This document shows positions 48,133 through 58,345 of a stretch of DNA of 64,000 bases, piece by piece. How positions within the stretch are numbered: position 1 is the first letter of the stretch; each line of letters opens with the position of its first letter. The position numbers and the translations under genes are program-made. The DNA comes from Verrucomicrobiia bacterium (lineage in GTDB: Bacteria; Verrucomicrobiota; Verrucomicrobiia; Limisphaerales; UBA1319), in the NCBI GenBank assembly GCA_963664225.1, contig OY760937.1, forward strand, positions 2,144,001-2,208,000, written 5' to 3'. A model generated the notes under the pieces. That model saw only the letters and a program-made list of their open reading frames with translations, was not told the DNA's origin and ran no database searches.

Positions 48133-48806
48133 ATACCATCCTCAAGCTCCTCCTCAACGATCTCAGGCGCGACTGGAAGCGCCCTTGGTCGATGCTCCTC
48201 CTCTCCGCGCTACCGTTGATTATGACGGTGATGATCGCCTCGGTCTTCGGCGGCGGCGGCCGCTCCGGCATCATGCCCGTGATTCAGGTGGCCGTCCTGG
48301 ACCAGGACAAGGATATGCTCACCGACCTGTTGCGTTCGCTGCCCGCCCAGGGGGATGCCGCCAAAAACCTCCGTCTTCACTTTGTGGAAACCCGGGACGA
48401 AGGCCTGCGACTGGTCGAAAAGGGCAAAGTTTCGGCCCTCGTGGTCTTGCCCAAGAACATGACCGATGATTTGCTCAAGGGGCAGACCAATACCATTGAG
48501 CTTTACGAGAACCCCGCGCAGCAAATCCTGCCCAAGATCGTGCGCCAGGGCGTCTCCCTGATGGCGGTGGGACTTTCCGGAGCCGCCGAGATTCTTGGCG
48601 ATCCGCTCCGGGACCTTCGGGGCATGATCAAAGGCAACGGCTTTCCAGTCGAAACCGCCGTGACCGGCGTCGCCTCTGCGTCCTTTCAGAAGCTTAAAGG
48701 CATTCGGACTTACGTGTTTCCTCCGCTGGTGAAAATCGAGACGGTCGCCGCGGCGGATTTCGTGCCATTCACCAATAACGCGTCCGTGACGCCCCAGACG
48801 CCATGA
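48129..48806 (+). CDS. ABC-2 permease, N-terminal half (TM1 plus extracytoplasmic domain)
   Basis: DLRRDWK, one TM, VAVLDQD. Confidence 0.8.
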
Positions 48807-49414
48807 ATGACATCGTTTTAATGCTATTGCCCGGGGCGATGTACTTTTGGGTCCTGTTCATCGGGCAGGGACCGCTGCAGGAAATATTGCAGGAAAAGCA
48901 GAACCTGATTCTGCCGCGCCTCCTGGCCAGCCCGGTCACTCCGGGGCAATATGTAATGGCCAAAATGCTCCGCTGCATGGTCCTGTGCAGCCTTGCGCTG
49001 ATCCTGCTCCTGATTTGCAGCACCTTGATCTTCGGAATCAAATGGGGGAACCCCTTCAAGCTGGCCGGAGTTGTCGCGATCTGGGCGGTATCCATGACCG
49101 GCCTGTTGGCCCTGATCTATTCCCTGGCCCGGACACGCGAGCAGGCCAATGTTCTCTCGCCGCTGGTGCTCATGCTTTTTGCGATGCTCGGAGGCAGCAT
49201 GTTCCCTTACGAGAGCCTGCCCCCCTTTCTGCAATTGATCGGCCAGTATTCCCCCAATCGCTGGGGAGTCCTCGTTCTGCAAGGGGTGGCCCGGTCCAAG
49301 CCGCTGATCGATGTGGCACGTCCGTTCCTGGGATTGCTTGCGCTGGGCGTCCTGGGAACAGGATTCGCCTTCTTTATGTTTCAACGAAAACTGGCCACCG
49401 GAGACCGCAAATGA
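48803..49414 (+). CDS. ABC-2 permease, C-terminal membrane half
   Basis: EKQxxILPRLLASP, LGGSMFP, PNRW. Confidence 0.85.
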   Translation: MNDIVLMLLPGAMYFWVLFIGQGPLQEILQEKQNLILPRLLASPVTPGQYVMAKMLRCMVLCSLALILLLICSTLIFGIKWGNPFKLAGVVAIWAVSMTGLLALIYSLARTREQANVLSPLVLMLFAMLGGSMFPYESLPPFLQLIGQYSPNRWGVLVLQGVARSKPLIDVARPFLGLLALGVLGTGFAFFMFQRKLATGDRK

Positions 49415-50571
49415 AGGTTCTGCGCATCATCCTCGGTGATTTGAAGCGGGTGGCCAAAGACCGCATGGCCCTGATGTGGATGCTCGCCATGCCGCTGATC
49501 ATGGCCTATGTCTTTGGCAGCGCCATGCGGGGCGGAGGTCCGCAATCCACCTGGATTCCCGTGATCGACCTGGATCGCCACGAACTTACCGCCCTCTTTG
49601 TGGAGCAACTCCGCGAGGACGGTTATTACATCGAGATGATGGACGCGGGCACGCAGGAAGTGCTCAAGACCAAATGGCCCTACGGCGTGGTGATCCCGCA
49701 CGGGTTCGGCGAAGCCATTTTGAAAGGCCAGTCCATCAAGGTTCCCCTCGTCAAAGGCAACGGCAGTCCCGAGAAAATCATGGAGGTGCAATCCCGCCTG
49801 CTCCACGCCATCGTCAAGTTCACCAAGGGCCTGGCCATCGCGGATGTGAGCCACCGGCCCTGGGACGACGCCTCCCGGGCCGCGCTGAAGGAGGCCCTGG
49901 CCCGTCCGCAGCTTCTGACCATGACACGCCAGAGCCATCGCACACTCCGCCCGCCACCCATGGGCTTCAACCAGAGCCTGCCGGGAATGCTCGTCATGTT
50001 CGTGCTCCAGATGATCCTCACCTATGGAGGGGTCACACTCGTCAACGATCGCATCGGCGGTCAAATGCGCCGTTTGCTCGCCGCTCCATTGCACCCCTAT
50101 GAAGCCTACGCGGGCAAGGTTCTCGCCCGGGTGGTCCTCGGCTGCATCCAGGCATTCGTGCTCCTGGCCTTCGGCGCCATTGTCTTCAAACTTCCAATGG
50201 GCGACCACCCGCTGTTTCTCGTGCCGGTGGTGATCTCGCTGGCGGCGGTCGCAGGCTCCCTCAGCATCCTGGCCGGCCTCCTCTGCAAGGTGGAAAAACA
50301 GGTCATCCTCGTGGCCATATTCGGATCGATGGTCCTCTCCGCGCTCGGCGGCTGTTGGTGGCCGATCGAGATCGTTCCCGAAACCTTCAAGACCATCGCA
50401 TCCTTTACCCCCAGCTACTGGGCCATGCACGGCCTCCAAAGCGTCCTTTACTTTGGCCGCTCCTACGATGTCCTCCTGCTCGACTGCCCGATCCTCCTGG
50501 CTTTCGCCGCCCTCATAGGCCTCGCCGCAGTCCTATCCACACGGTTGCTCTCAAAGGGCCGGGCGGAGTAA
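49411..50571 (+). CDS. ABC-2 permease
   Basis: Start ATG 49411 (ATGA overlap); VIDLD, LGGCWWP, PSYWAM. Confidence 0.9.
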   Translation: MKVLRIILGDLKRVAKDRMALMWMLAMPLIMAYVFGSAMRGGGPQSTWIPVIDLDRHELTALFVEQLREDGYYIEMMDAGTQEVLKTKWPYGVVIPHGFGEAILKGQSIKVPLVKGNGSPEKIMEVQSRLLHAIVKFTKGLAIADVSHRPWDDASRAALKEALARPQLLTMTRQSHRTLRPPPMGFNQSLPGMLVMFVLQMILTYGGVTLVNDRIGGQMRRLLAAPLHPYEAYAGKVLARVVLGCIQAFVLLAFGAIVFKLPMGDHPLFLVPVVISLAAVAGSLSILAGLLCKVEKQVILVAIFGSMVLSALGGCWWPIEIVPETFKTIASFTPSYWAMHGLQSVLYFGRSYDVLLLDCPILLAFAALIGLAAVLSTRLLSKGRAE

Positions 50572-50593
50572 GAGGGGCTTCAGATTTCCTCCA

Positions 50594-51052
50594 TCAAGTG
50601 ATCAGGCGATCATCGAAAGTGAATCGCACGGGCGGGCCAATGGTGTTTTTTTTGAAATCGGGATGGGCCGGATTCAGCAGGTAATTGGTTTCGTCCGGGA
50701 TGATGATGCTCGGAACCGCGAGAATTGCCGAGCGCAATGACCGTGCCCAGTCGTCTCCAATTCGCCGGGTGGAGGGAGTCGGCGGCTCCATTCTCCAGTC
50801 GGATGGCAACGCCGCCATTGTGAAACGTTCGACCAAACGCTCCTCGAATTCGATGCGTCTGATGCTGTAACGGAACCGCATCGGAGGATTGAGATGAACC
50901 AGTATTTCCAAAGCCGCCAATGAGCGGGTCGCACTGGTATAGACCATGGCCACGCCACGGGAGTTCCAGCGACCACCAGTCTTGGCGGCTCCTTCACCGG
51001 TGAATGCCGTGGCAGCGAACTTCTCCCGGACCATGCGCCAGGCTTCCAGCAT
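50594..51052 (-). CDS. RES-domain toxin (NAD+ phosphorylase-like)
   Basis: WR, GGRWN, VYTS..LAALE, VPS, NYLLNPxHPDF. Confidence 0.93.
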   Translation of the reverse strand: MLEAWRMVREKFAATAFTGEGAAKTGGRWNSRGVAMVYTSATRSLAALEILVHLNPPMRFRYSIRRIEFEERLVERFTMAALPSDWRMEPPTPSTRRIGDDWARSLRSAILAVPSIIIPDETNYLLNPAHPDFKKNTIGPPVRFTFDDRLIT

Positions 51053-51561
51053 CAGGAATACACTCCGTATTCAATGCGTCCGAGCAAGTCTTCCACTTCC
51101 CGCGCGCCCACTTCGGTTTCCGCGTAATCCAGTGGGACCGCCCCACCCAAACCCACCTGGGCTGAAGCAAGCCAGAGCCGGGCATTTTCCTCTCCTTCCA
51201 TCACTTCCACCGCCCTGCCCATCAACCGGGCATACCGGACCACACGGTCGGACTCCTCCGGTCCAAGCCGCCCCTGGGCCTTGCGCCTGTGCAGTGTGGC
51301 CTTGGACATTCCAAGTTTTGGAGCCAATTTTTCCATCGGGATATCCAGGCTGGTCTGCAAATCGTCCAATTCCCGCATGGGCAGGCCGATGCGGATGATC
51401 TCAATCAATTTGCCCGCGGACAGATCGGCGGCACCGGTTTTGGATTTCAGGCTGTGAATCTGGCCGCTCACCACCCCGGAAAAGCGCATGGCCTTTGTGG
51501 AACCCACCCCGCTTCGTCCAGGCTTGGACGCCAGCTTCGCTTTTGTCACCGCAGTACTCAT
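51052..51561 (-). CDS. Xre/MbcA/ParS antitoxin (DUF2384)
   Basis: TLHRRK, EESDR, ARLWL, PLDY, LGRIEYGVYS; coupled to the RES gene. Confidence 0.93.
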   Translation of the reverse strand: MSTAVTKAKLASKPGRSGVGSTKAMRFSGVVSGQIHSLKSKTGAADLSAGKLIEIIRIGLPMRELDDLQTSLDIPMEKLAPKLGMSKATLHRRKAQGRLGPEESDRVVRYARLMGRAVEVMEGEENARLWLASAQVGLGGAVPLDYAETEVGAREVEDLLGRIEYGVYS

Positions 51562-51570
51562 ATGATACTA

Positions 51571-51599
51571 ATAATGGTCTCAAATGAAACCAATGTCAA
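51571..51599 (-). promoter_or_regulatory. Sigma70-like promoter with palindromic operator for xre-res
   Basis: Minus strand TTGACA-N17-CATTAT; inverted repeat TGGTCTCA-aa-TGAAACCA (51575-51592) in the spacer. Confidence 0.6.
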
Positions 51600-52228
51600 A
51601 TCAATCCCCGGCGCCGCGCAATGTCCGCCGCTTCGGTGCGGTTCTGGGCCTGGAGTTTGCCGAGGATATTCGACACATGGTTTTTGACCGTGCCCTCGGC
51701 GATGTGCAGTTTGTCGGCGATTTCCTTGTTTGGAATTCCCTGCGCCAGCATGACGAGGACCTCCCGCTCCCGGTCGGAGAGCGGCTCAATCAAACCGCCT
51801 TCGGGCCTCAACGCCGCACGGAGGGTACGCGACGCAATTTCGGGCTGGATGAACACCTCGCCGGCATGCACGCAGCGAATCGTTTCCACCAGTTTCCTGG
51901 CTGGAACATCCTTCAACAGATAACCCACCGCGCCCGCCCGCACGCCGTCGAAGACGTAATCGTCACGGTCGAAGGTGGTCAGGATGATGACCCGGGCCTG
52001 CGGCCATGCGCGGCAAATGGCCGCCGTGGCTTCCACACCGTTCATCTGCGGCATCTGAACGTCCATGAGGATGATGTCCGGGTGCAATTGCAGGGCCAGC
52101 TTCACGGCGGATTTGCCGTCCTCGGCCTCTCCGGCCACTTCGAAGCCGGCCTCCAGCTCAAGGATGGTTTTCAATCCCTGCCGCATGAGGGTCTGGTCTT
52201 CCGCGATCAATATTCGGATCGGTTTCAT
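51596..52228 (-). CDS. NarL/LuxR-family response regulator
   Basis: Start ATG 52228 MKPIRILIAEDQ; MDVQMP; LSDREREVL..GTVKNHVSNI. Confidence 0.95.
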   Translation of the reverse strand: MKPIRILIAEDQTLMRQGLKTILELEAGFEVAGEAEDGKSAVKLALQLHPDIILMDVQMPQMNGVEATAAICRAWPQARVIILTTFDRDDYVFDGVRAGAVGYLLKDVPARKLVETIRCVHAGEVFIQPEIASRTLRAALRPEGGLIEPLSDREREVLVMLAQGIPNKEIADKLHIAEGTVKNHVSNILGKLQAQNRTEAADIARRRGLI

Positions 52229-53526
52229 CACGCGATTACGGGAATGCGTGCGGTAATGGCGGTACCTGTGGCTCCCGCCAGCGCGACCGTGAAGGTGCCG
52301 CCAAGCCCTTCCACGCGCTCGCGCAATCCGCGCAAACCATAATGCCCCGGCTTGTCTTCCGCACCCGATGGCAGGCCAATGCCATCGTCGTTTATGCGCA
52401 GCACGATTTCTTTGGTTTGCACGGCGAGATTCACTTCCACGTGGTGAGCATGGGCGTGTTTTTCGATATTCGTCAATCCTTCCTGAGCCACACGCCACAG
52501 GGCCTCGGCTACGGCGGGCGGCAGGGAGTCGGTGCATCCGGCAATCTGGCAGTCGATGTCCGCCCCGAATCGCTTGCCTGCTTTCGCACACAGGGTCTGG
52601 AGCGCTTCGGCAAGCGAACGGTCCCCCAAACCGGCGGCGCGCAGGTTGGCCAGTGACCGGCGCAGGTCCTCCATGCTGGAACGGGTAAGCATCTGCATTT
52701 CCGCCAGCATTGCCGTCACCCGCGCCGGATCGGCCGCCTGCAATCGTTGCGCCGCCTCCAGTTGCACCGTCAGCGTCACCAGCGAGTGACCGAGATTGTC
52801 GTGCAGGTCGCGGGCGAGGCGTTCCCGTTCGCGGAGTGTGGCCAGTTCGATTTCGCGATCCCGGGCCTGTTCCAGTTCGCGTTTCGTCGCCTCCAGCTCC
52901 ATGATTAGTTTTCCTCTCTCGACACTGGTGACAACCATCCGACCCACAAAAAGGACAAGCGCCGCCATGGGAATCACCTGCACCAGAAAGTCGAGCCAGG
53001 CCCCGGGTCCCCACATGGCGAGTGCGCTCCAGCCGAAACGGTTCAGGAGGTAGGCGCCCAGGATTGCAATAGTGGCAGGCACGGTGATCCTGAATCGCAG
53101 GGCGGAAATCTGCCCCACGTATGCGGCCAGTGCCCACGCAAATACAGGGTCTATCCGGCTTTCCGCCAGCACCACCGCCACGCTTGCCCCAATATACACG
53201 CCCCAACAAATCAACGCCGGCCTGTAATAGCCGTCCTGGGGCTGATGTAATCTCCCGAGAACTTCCCGAAACCATCGTGTGGCCGGCCAGCCGGCAAGGC
53301 TTGGGAGCGCAAAGAAAAACAGGTACAAAAGTCCCTGAACCACTGCCAGGAGCAGGAGCGTGATATCGGCTGACGCTGGCGGTCCCTTCAAATTGCGCAT
53401 GTGCGTATAGGACAACAGCACGAGAGCGCCCAGAAACACACCATGAAAGAACAGCAGAAACCCACGAAACTGCCGGTCAGGCAATGGAGAATGAAAATCG
53501 CCCGCTCCTGCTATTTTTGAATTCAT
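52228..53526 (-). CDS. Membrane sensor histidine kinase (HisKA_3)
   Basis: ERERLARDLHD, QEGLTNIEKHA, DDGIG, GLRGLRER. Confidence 0.95.
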   Translation of the reverse strand: MNSKIAGAGDFHSPLPDRQFRGFLLFFHGVFLGALVLLSYTHMRNLKGPPASADITLLLLAVVQGLLYLFFFALPSLAGWPATRWFREVLGRLHQPQDGYYRPALICWGVYIGASVAVVLAESRIDPVFAWALAAYVGQISALRFRITVPATIAILGAYLLNRFGWSALAMWGPGAWLDFLVQVIPMAALVLFVGRMVVTSVERGKLIMELEATKRELEQARDREIELATLRERERLARDLHDNLGHSLVTLTVQLEAAQRLQAADPARVTAMLAEMQMLTRSSMEDLRRSLANLRAAGLGDRSLAEALQTLCAKAGKRFGADIDCQIAGCTDSLPPAVAEALWRVAQEGLTNIEKHAHAHHVEVNLAVQTKEIVLRINDDGIGLPSGAEDKPGHYGLRGLRERVEGLGGTFTVALAGATGTAITARIPVIA

Positions 53527-53639
53527 AAGATGTTCCGAGACGATGGTCTCATCCTGATTGAACCGGACTTTTCGTTCCAGCGATTTTTATCGGACGCACC
53601 TCGGCCGAAGAGTTTTATTCCATCACGCATCCTGAGTCG

Positions 53640-54491
53640 TCATTTGCCGGAAGGCTGCGCCAACCGCTTCGGGAGTGCCGAATCGTTCGGATAGATGGCC
53701 GCGCCCCGCTGCCACACTTGTCTGGCGTAATCGGATTTCCCGGCCTTCTGGTATTGATCGCCGAGCCAGACATAGCTCTGCGCGAATTGCGGCTGCGGCG
53801 CCTGTCCCTCCTGTTGGGTGATCAACTGCGTAAAGTTTTCAATCACCTCCTGCCCTTTGTTCAATTGCGGCGGCCAGTAGGACATGGCAACAGCCTTGGT
53901 GAAGCGCGCATCCCAGTTTGACGGATCGAGCTGCAAAGCCACGTCGAATGTCTGGTCCGCTTTCATCGCCAGAATGCCTTGCTCGCGCACGTCCTGCAGC
54001 GTTCCTGCCTTTTCAAGATAAGCCTGGCCGAGCACTGCGGAATACTCCGCCGTCTGCGGACTCCCCGCCACCCGTTGCTCAAGATCGGCAATGGCATCGG
54101 CGAGCTTGCCTGCGTCGCGCAATTGCTTCCAGGCCGCCTGCCTTTCCGGGTAGCTGGCCTGCGGTGACACCAAAGTATCCACAGCCAGTTTCACACCGAT
54201 GGCGGCGGGAGCCGTCGTGTTCACCGCCACAGCAACCGGCCTTGGTCTCGCCTGTTCCGAGGGATTACCCGCAGGCGTCCTGGTGGGTCGGGGCGGACGT
54301 TCTTTTACGATGACATCGTTTTCAGCCTGGCCGGTGCCGGTCGCCTCGATGGAGACTGCCCCGCTCACAGTTTGAGCCGGAGGTGTAACCGGACTTTTTG
54401 GGTGAATTTTATAAAATCCGACTCCGGCACTCAGTAAAACGACTGCAATGATTGCGTAAATCCATTGTTTCATAGTTTCCTTTCCATTCAT
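53640..54491 (-). CDS. Membrane-anchored TPR-like protein
   Basis: N-terminal TM, Pro-rich linker, TPR-like helices (ALQLDP, YVWLG.Y...G). Confidence 0.75.
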   Translation of the reverse strand: MNGKETMKQWIYAIIAVVLLSAGVGFYKIHPKSPVTPPAQTVSGAVSIEATGTGQAENDVIVKERPPRPTRTPAGNPSEQARPRPVAVAVNTTAPAAIGVKLAVDTLVSPQASYPERQAAWKQLRDAGKLADAIADLEQRVAGSPQTAEYSAVLGQAYLEKAGTLQDVREQGILAMKADQTFDVALQLDPSNWDARFTKAVAMSYWPPQLNKGQEVIENFTQLITQQEGQAPQPQFAQSYVWLGDQYQKAGKSDYARQVWQRGAAIYPNDSALPKRLAQPSGK

Positions 54492-54921
54492 TGCCGCTCA
54501 TGCGGCGCATTTGGTTTCTTGATGCGTTGGGATTTAAACCACTCGGTTCTCCCATCACATGCCGCCAGTTTGCGCCATTACGCCGTCGATCCAACAGACC
54601 CCAAAGTCACGAATTGAATAGGTCGAAGGACATGGGCGAATACCTGCCTGAAGTTACAGTTTGCATTTCGGTTTGCCGTTTTCTTCTTTTGGAGGCGAAC
54701 GTTACTGACACCATCTCTCATTTCGCTTACTCGCTCCTCTTTCGCATGATCCCGACAATCGTGGAAATCGTATGACGCTCTTGCTGTAACAGGATTTGGC
54801 GATAAGTTACCGCACGTGGAAGCAAGAAATCTCCGTGAATATTTGTCGATGGCGGAATTTCTCAACAGGACCAGAACGGCCAGTCCGCGAATCGAAAACC
54901 GCATGGAAATTCATTTATATT

Positions 54922-55470
54922 ATGCCCATCCACATGGCCATCACTCGTAATGTGCGCCCTGGCTGCGAAGCTGAATTCCAGCAGGCGCTCCGCGAATTCT
55001 TTCAGACCTCCTACGCTCACGGCGCCGTGCTGGGCGCGACCATGCTCGTGCCGTCGCCCGGCTCTGACTCGCGTGAATTCGGCATCCTGCGAACGTTTAC
55101 CAATGAAAAAGAGAAGGACGAATTTTACGCGTCGGAGATCTTTAAGGCCTGGGAGGAGCGGTGCAAACCACTGACGGACGGCGGCTGGTCGCATCGCCAG
55201 TTGCACGGGCTGGAAGCGTGGTTTCGTTCGCCCGGCGCGCCGCCCCGCTGGAAGATGGCCATGCTGACATTGCTGGGCGTCTATCCGGTCAGTCTGTTGA
55301 TCGGCATCCTCCTTTCCCCACAGTTGCGCAGGCTGCCATTGGCGCTCAATCTGTTAATCGTTTCGGCGCTGATTGTGGCCTGTCTCACATGGCTGGTGAT
55401 GCCCCGCCTGACGCGTTGGTTCAAACCCTGGCTAAGCTCCCAACCACCAAAGAATGCGGCAAAATATTAA
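54922..55470 (+). CDS. Antibiotic-biosynthesis-monooxygenase-like domain with two TM helices
   Basis: VRPGCEAEF, GLEAWF, PPRWKMA, VMPRLT. Confidence 0.85.
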   Translation: MPIHMAITRNVRPGCEAEFQQALREFFQTSYAHGAVLGATMLVPSPGSDSREFGILRTFTNEKEKDEFYASEIFKAWEERCKPLTDGGWSHRQLHGLEAWFRSPGAPPRWKMAMLTLLGVYPVSLLIGILLSPQLRRLPLALNLLIVSALIVACLTWLVMPRLTRWFKPWLSSQPPKNAAKY

Positions 55471-55901
55471 TCCGGTTCCATTTCAAACGTCCGGACCAGG
55501 TGGATCGACAGGTTGAGTAAATGGCGGAGGGTGCCCCACCCGGCGTCCGGCGTTCGTCATTGCAGCTCGGTTGATTGAGAAACCGCCGCATGCGTCGCCC
55601 CACGGATCGCGACGTCCAAGGCTTCTGTATGGAGTCCCGTCTTTAGACGGCGCAGCGCTCAAAAGCGAGGGGTCATGAATATTTTTAACCCCCTCGATAA
55701 TCCGAAAACCTTCGCGAATTCCCCAAGCTCACCGTTGCTCTGTCTCCCATTCAAACAATCCCCCGCCCATCCCACCTGCTTGCGCGTCCAAACCGCAACT
55801 CGTAGCGCAGGTTTCCAACCGTATCGCAGATTTCCAATCTGCTAACCGTCTCACATTCACAGAGCGCACCACAAAAACCTCCGATCCGCGGAAGCCCTTT
55901 A

Positions 55902-56065
55902 AACCGAAATCCGAAATAAGAATGGTCAAGACGATGCAATGCTTTGAGTCAGCCATGATTTGCAATCGGCGAAGGTGTATTAAACCAATACTCCACAGCC
56001 GGTTTCAAACCATGGATGGCCAAATGATTGCGTCAGATGGGCCGTTCCTATTTCGGATTTCGGGT
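55902..56065. mobile_element. 164-bp palindromic MITE, copy 3 (intron-free)
   Basis: Near-identical to copies 1 and 2; TTA at 55899-55901 and 56066-56068; left TIR reads AACCG instead of ACCCG. Confidence 0.85.
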
Positions 56066-56607
56066 TTAATACCCCATTGAAGCCTCACCCAACCGAACGA
56101 ACCACCCACGCCATTTCGTAAAACCCACATTCTTCCTGTCTCCCATTCAAACGATTCCCTCCAGGCATCCCGGCAGGGATCGCAGACCCTTTTCCAACGA
56201 ACGCCTGCCTCCCGATCCTACAAATCGCAATCAGAAGCTCCATTCGACCGCCAACTCATCGGTTCGCGGCCACCGTGACGTTCGCGGTAGGAGGGCGTGC
56301 AGTCCTCTGTGCGCCGCCCGCCAATCCCACGCGCCCAATAACTCCATGCGCGGGAAAATTACTTCCTCTCCATCGCCAGATGGGTCGGGGTGAGGTGGCT
56401 TTTTCCCCTCTAGGCCATGCGAAATTACCTCCACGCTTGCTTTCACCACCACCATTCCCTTTTCCCATCGTGCGCATCCTGAACATCCATGTAAAATTCT
56501 GCGCCCCTCTGCGGATACCTTTTCCCCCGTGCCCATCCGCCCGGCGCCCGCCCGATTTTACATGATTTTCCTTTGAAATTAACAACCCAACACGCGATGC
56601 TCCCTCC

Positions 56608-57171
56608 ATGTTCTGGTCTAACTTTTTCAAACCCGGTTCGCACCAAACCGTGAAGTCTCCCCAACGGGCTCTTCCGCGTCGCGCGATTCTTGGCGTCGGT
56701 GTGGCACTGCTCCTTGGCCTGAGCGCCTGCGTCACGAACAAAACCGTTCCCATCACAGAAACCGTGGGACCGAAAGAGGCGGCGGGCGGATTTGCGTCCA
56801 AGGGAATGGTGGTGGTCTATTCGGAAACCGAGGACGTCAATTCCGGGAACATCATGTATCATCCCCATACCGGCTATGGCATCTTCACGCCCGAAGGCAA
56901 ACGCGTGCGCTCCGTGGTCAATCGCGTGGGCTCCACCGATCAGGAGCCGATGACCGTGGTGCTGCCCGCAGGCCAATACCTGGTCAAGGCCCGCGCTGCC
57001 GGTTACGGCCTGGTTTCAGTGCCCATCGTGGTCCTTGGCGGCAAGCGCACCATGCTCTATCTCGAGCGGGAAGGCATGCCCGACGCCTCCGAACTATCCT
57101 CCAACGCCGTGGTCCGATTTCCCGGCGGACCGCCCATCGGCTGGCGCGCAAAGGATGTTCCCAAGCCCTGA
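56608..57171 (+). CDS. Hypothetical lipoprotein
   Basis: Lipobox LSAC; LPAGQYLVKA beta-sandwich motif. Confidence 0.75.
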   Translation: MFWSNFFKPGSHQTVKSPQRALPRRAILGVGVALLLGLSACVTNKTVPITETVGPKEAAGGFASKGMVVVYSETEDVNSGNIMYHPHTGYGIFTPEGKRVRSVVNRVGSTDQEPMTVVLPAGQYLVKARAAGYGLVSVPIVVLGGKRTMLYLEREGMPDASELSSNAVVRFPGGPPIGWRAKDVPKP

Positions 57172-57196
57172 CCTCAAGGGGATTTGTACAAAATAA

Positions 57197-57220
57197 ACGG
57201 ACGGGATTGTTCCCGTCCGT
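57197..57220. terminator. Hairpin between convergent genes
   Basis: ACGGACGGGA-ttgt-TCCCGTCCGT preceded by an A-tract, which is a U-tract on the minus strand. Confidence 0.75.
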
Positions 57221-57247
57221 GCGATGGATCAGACTAAACAGACGTTC

Positions 57248-57829
57248 TTACGCCAGTTTGCGACGAAGCGTTTCCAGGCCAATCAAGCTCACGCTCAGAA
57301 GCATCAGCGCGCTGGAACCATCGGGAACCGATGTGCTCTCCCTGACGCCAAAGACCGCCACATGCGAGATGTCGGCCATGTTGTTGGCGTTATTCCAAAG
57401 ACCCTGGTTGTCCACCAGAATATCCGAGAACGTGGAGTTCCATGTGCGGGCGTCCCAGAGCGTCCAACCAGCCCGGCCATCCTTGACGTAGATCGCGGTC
57501 AGGGTCGGAGCAGGCGCGCCCCCGGTGTAATTCAAATCCACGCTTTGAAGATTCTGCAATCCAGTCGTCATGGAACTGGAGAACAGACCTGTGTTGCCTT
57601 CCTCTGCCCCGGTGGATGGAGTCCACTTGTAAAGCAAGGAACCGATTGTTGCCGTGGGATCGCCCAAGGCTGCCTGCCATGCCGCCAGCACCTCCGCATC
57701 GGTCGGGTTGGAGGCCTGAACGATGGGATTATTCGGCAGGAACGTCGGAGTGTAGTTGAGGGCGCTGGCGCTCAACGCGAACCCCAGCGTCAGTGTCGCT
57801 ATCGCTGCTGTGATGAGTTTCATATGCAT
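57248..57829 (-). CDS. VPDSG-CTERM exosortase substrate
   Basis: Signal peptide; C-terminal VPDGSS + TM + RRK. Confidence 0.9.
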   Translation of the reverse strand: MHMKLITAAIATLTLGFALSASALNYTPTFLPNNPIVQASNPTDAEVLAAWQAALGDPTATIGSLLYKWTPSTGAEEGNTGLFSSSMTTGLQNLQSVDLNYTGGAPAPTLTAIYVKDGRAGWTLWDARTWNSTFSDILVDNQGLWNNANNMADISHVAVFGVRESTSVPDGSSALMLLSVSLIGLETLRRKLA

Positions 57830-57894
57830 TTTCAGTAACCGTTCGTAACTTTTTGATGCCGTATTCCGGCACCACCTTTAATAAATCCAAGGAG

Positions 57895-57910
57895 AGCAAT
57901 TAGGATGCCG
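57895..57910 (-). promoter_or_regulatory. Sigma54 promoter of the VPDSG-CTERM gene
   Basis: Minus strand CGGCAT-CCTAA-TTGCT. Confidence 0.65.
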
Positions 57911-58345
57911 CAGGTTGAATTAGGTCATTGAATGAACGCGAAAGCTATGCGTTAGTACCTGCATATAAAACACTTGCGAAGTGTGTTGCGGAACGTAAAA
58001 AGTTCCCTGAGACGGGCCGAATGCCAACGCAGAATTGTAAGGAATTCCATAATTCACCAATAATAACGGTTCTTGAAACTGCTGTAATATATTCAGCACA
58101 AGTGAGTTACAATTTCCGACAACCCTATGGCGAATTGTAATGTTTTCCGACACCTCTCCCTTCAGGCCTGTAAACCATGCTCTAAACTATTGAAAACAAA
58201 CAAGATACGTAACAACGACTCTTGATAGAATTCCTGACATCCCATCGGTAACCCCCTCAATTCACTTCCGCGAAATACCGTCATAAATGCCACGAGATCA
58301 GGTTTTTGCATTAGACATCTTGATATTTTGGCGATGGTTTGTTAA

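Noticed and set aside
48847..49410. 574-aa permease N-terminal extension
   Set aside because: Overlaps the 48803-49414 gene out of frame; the real start is 49411.
51596..53275. 559-aa response regulator with a long N-terminus
   Set aside because: The upstream part is an alternative frame of the kinase; the real start is ATG 52228.
54640..54815. Repeated GTTAC/GTAAC as regulator sites
   Set aside because: Too short and irregularly spaced to support a call.
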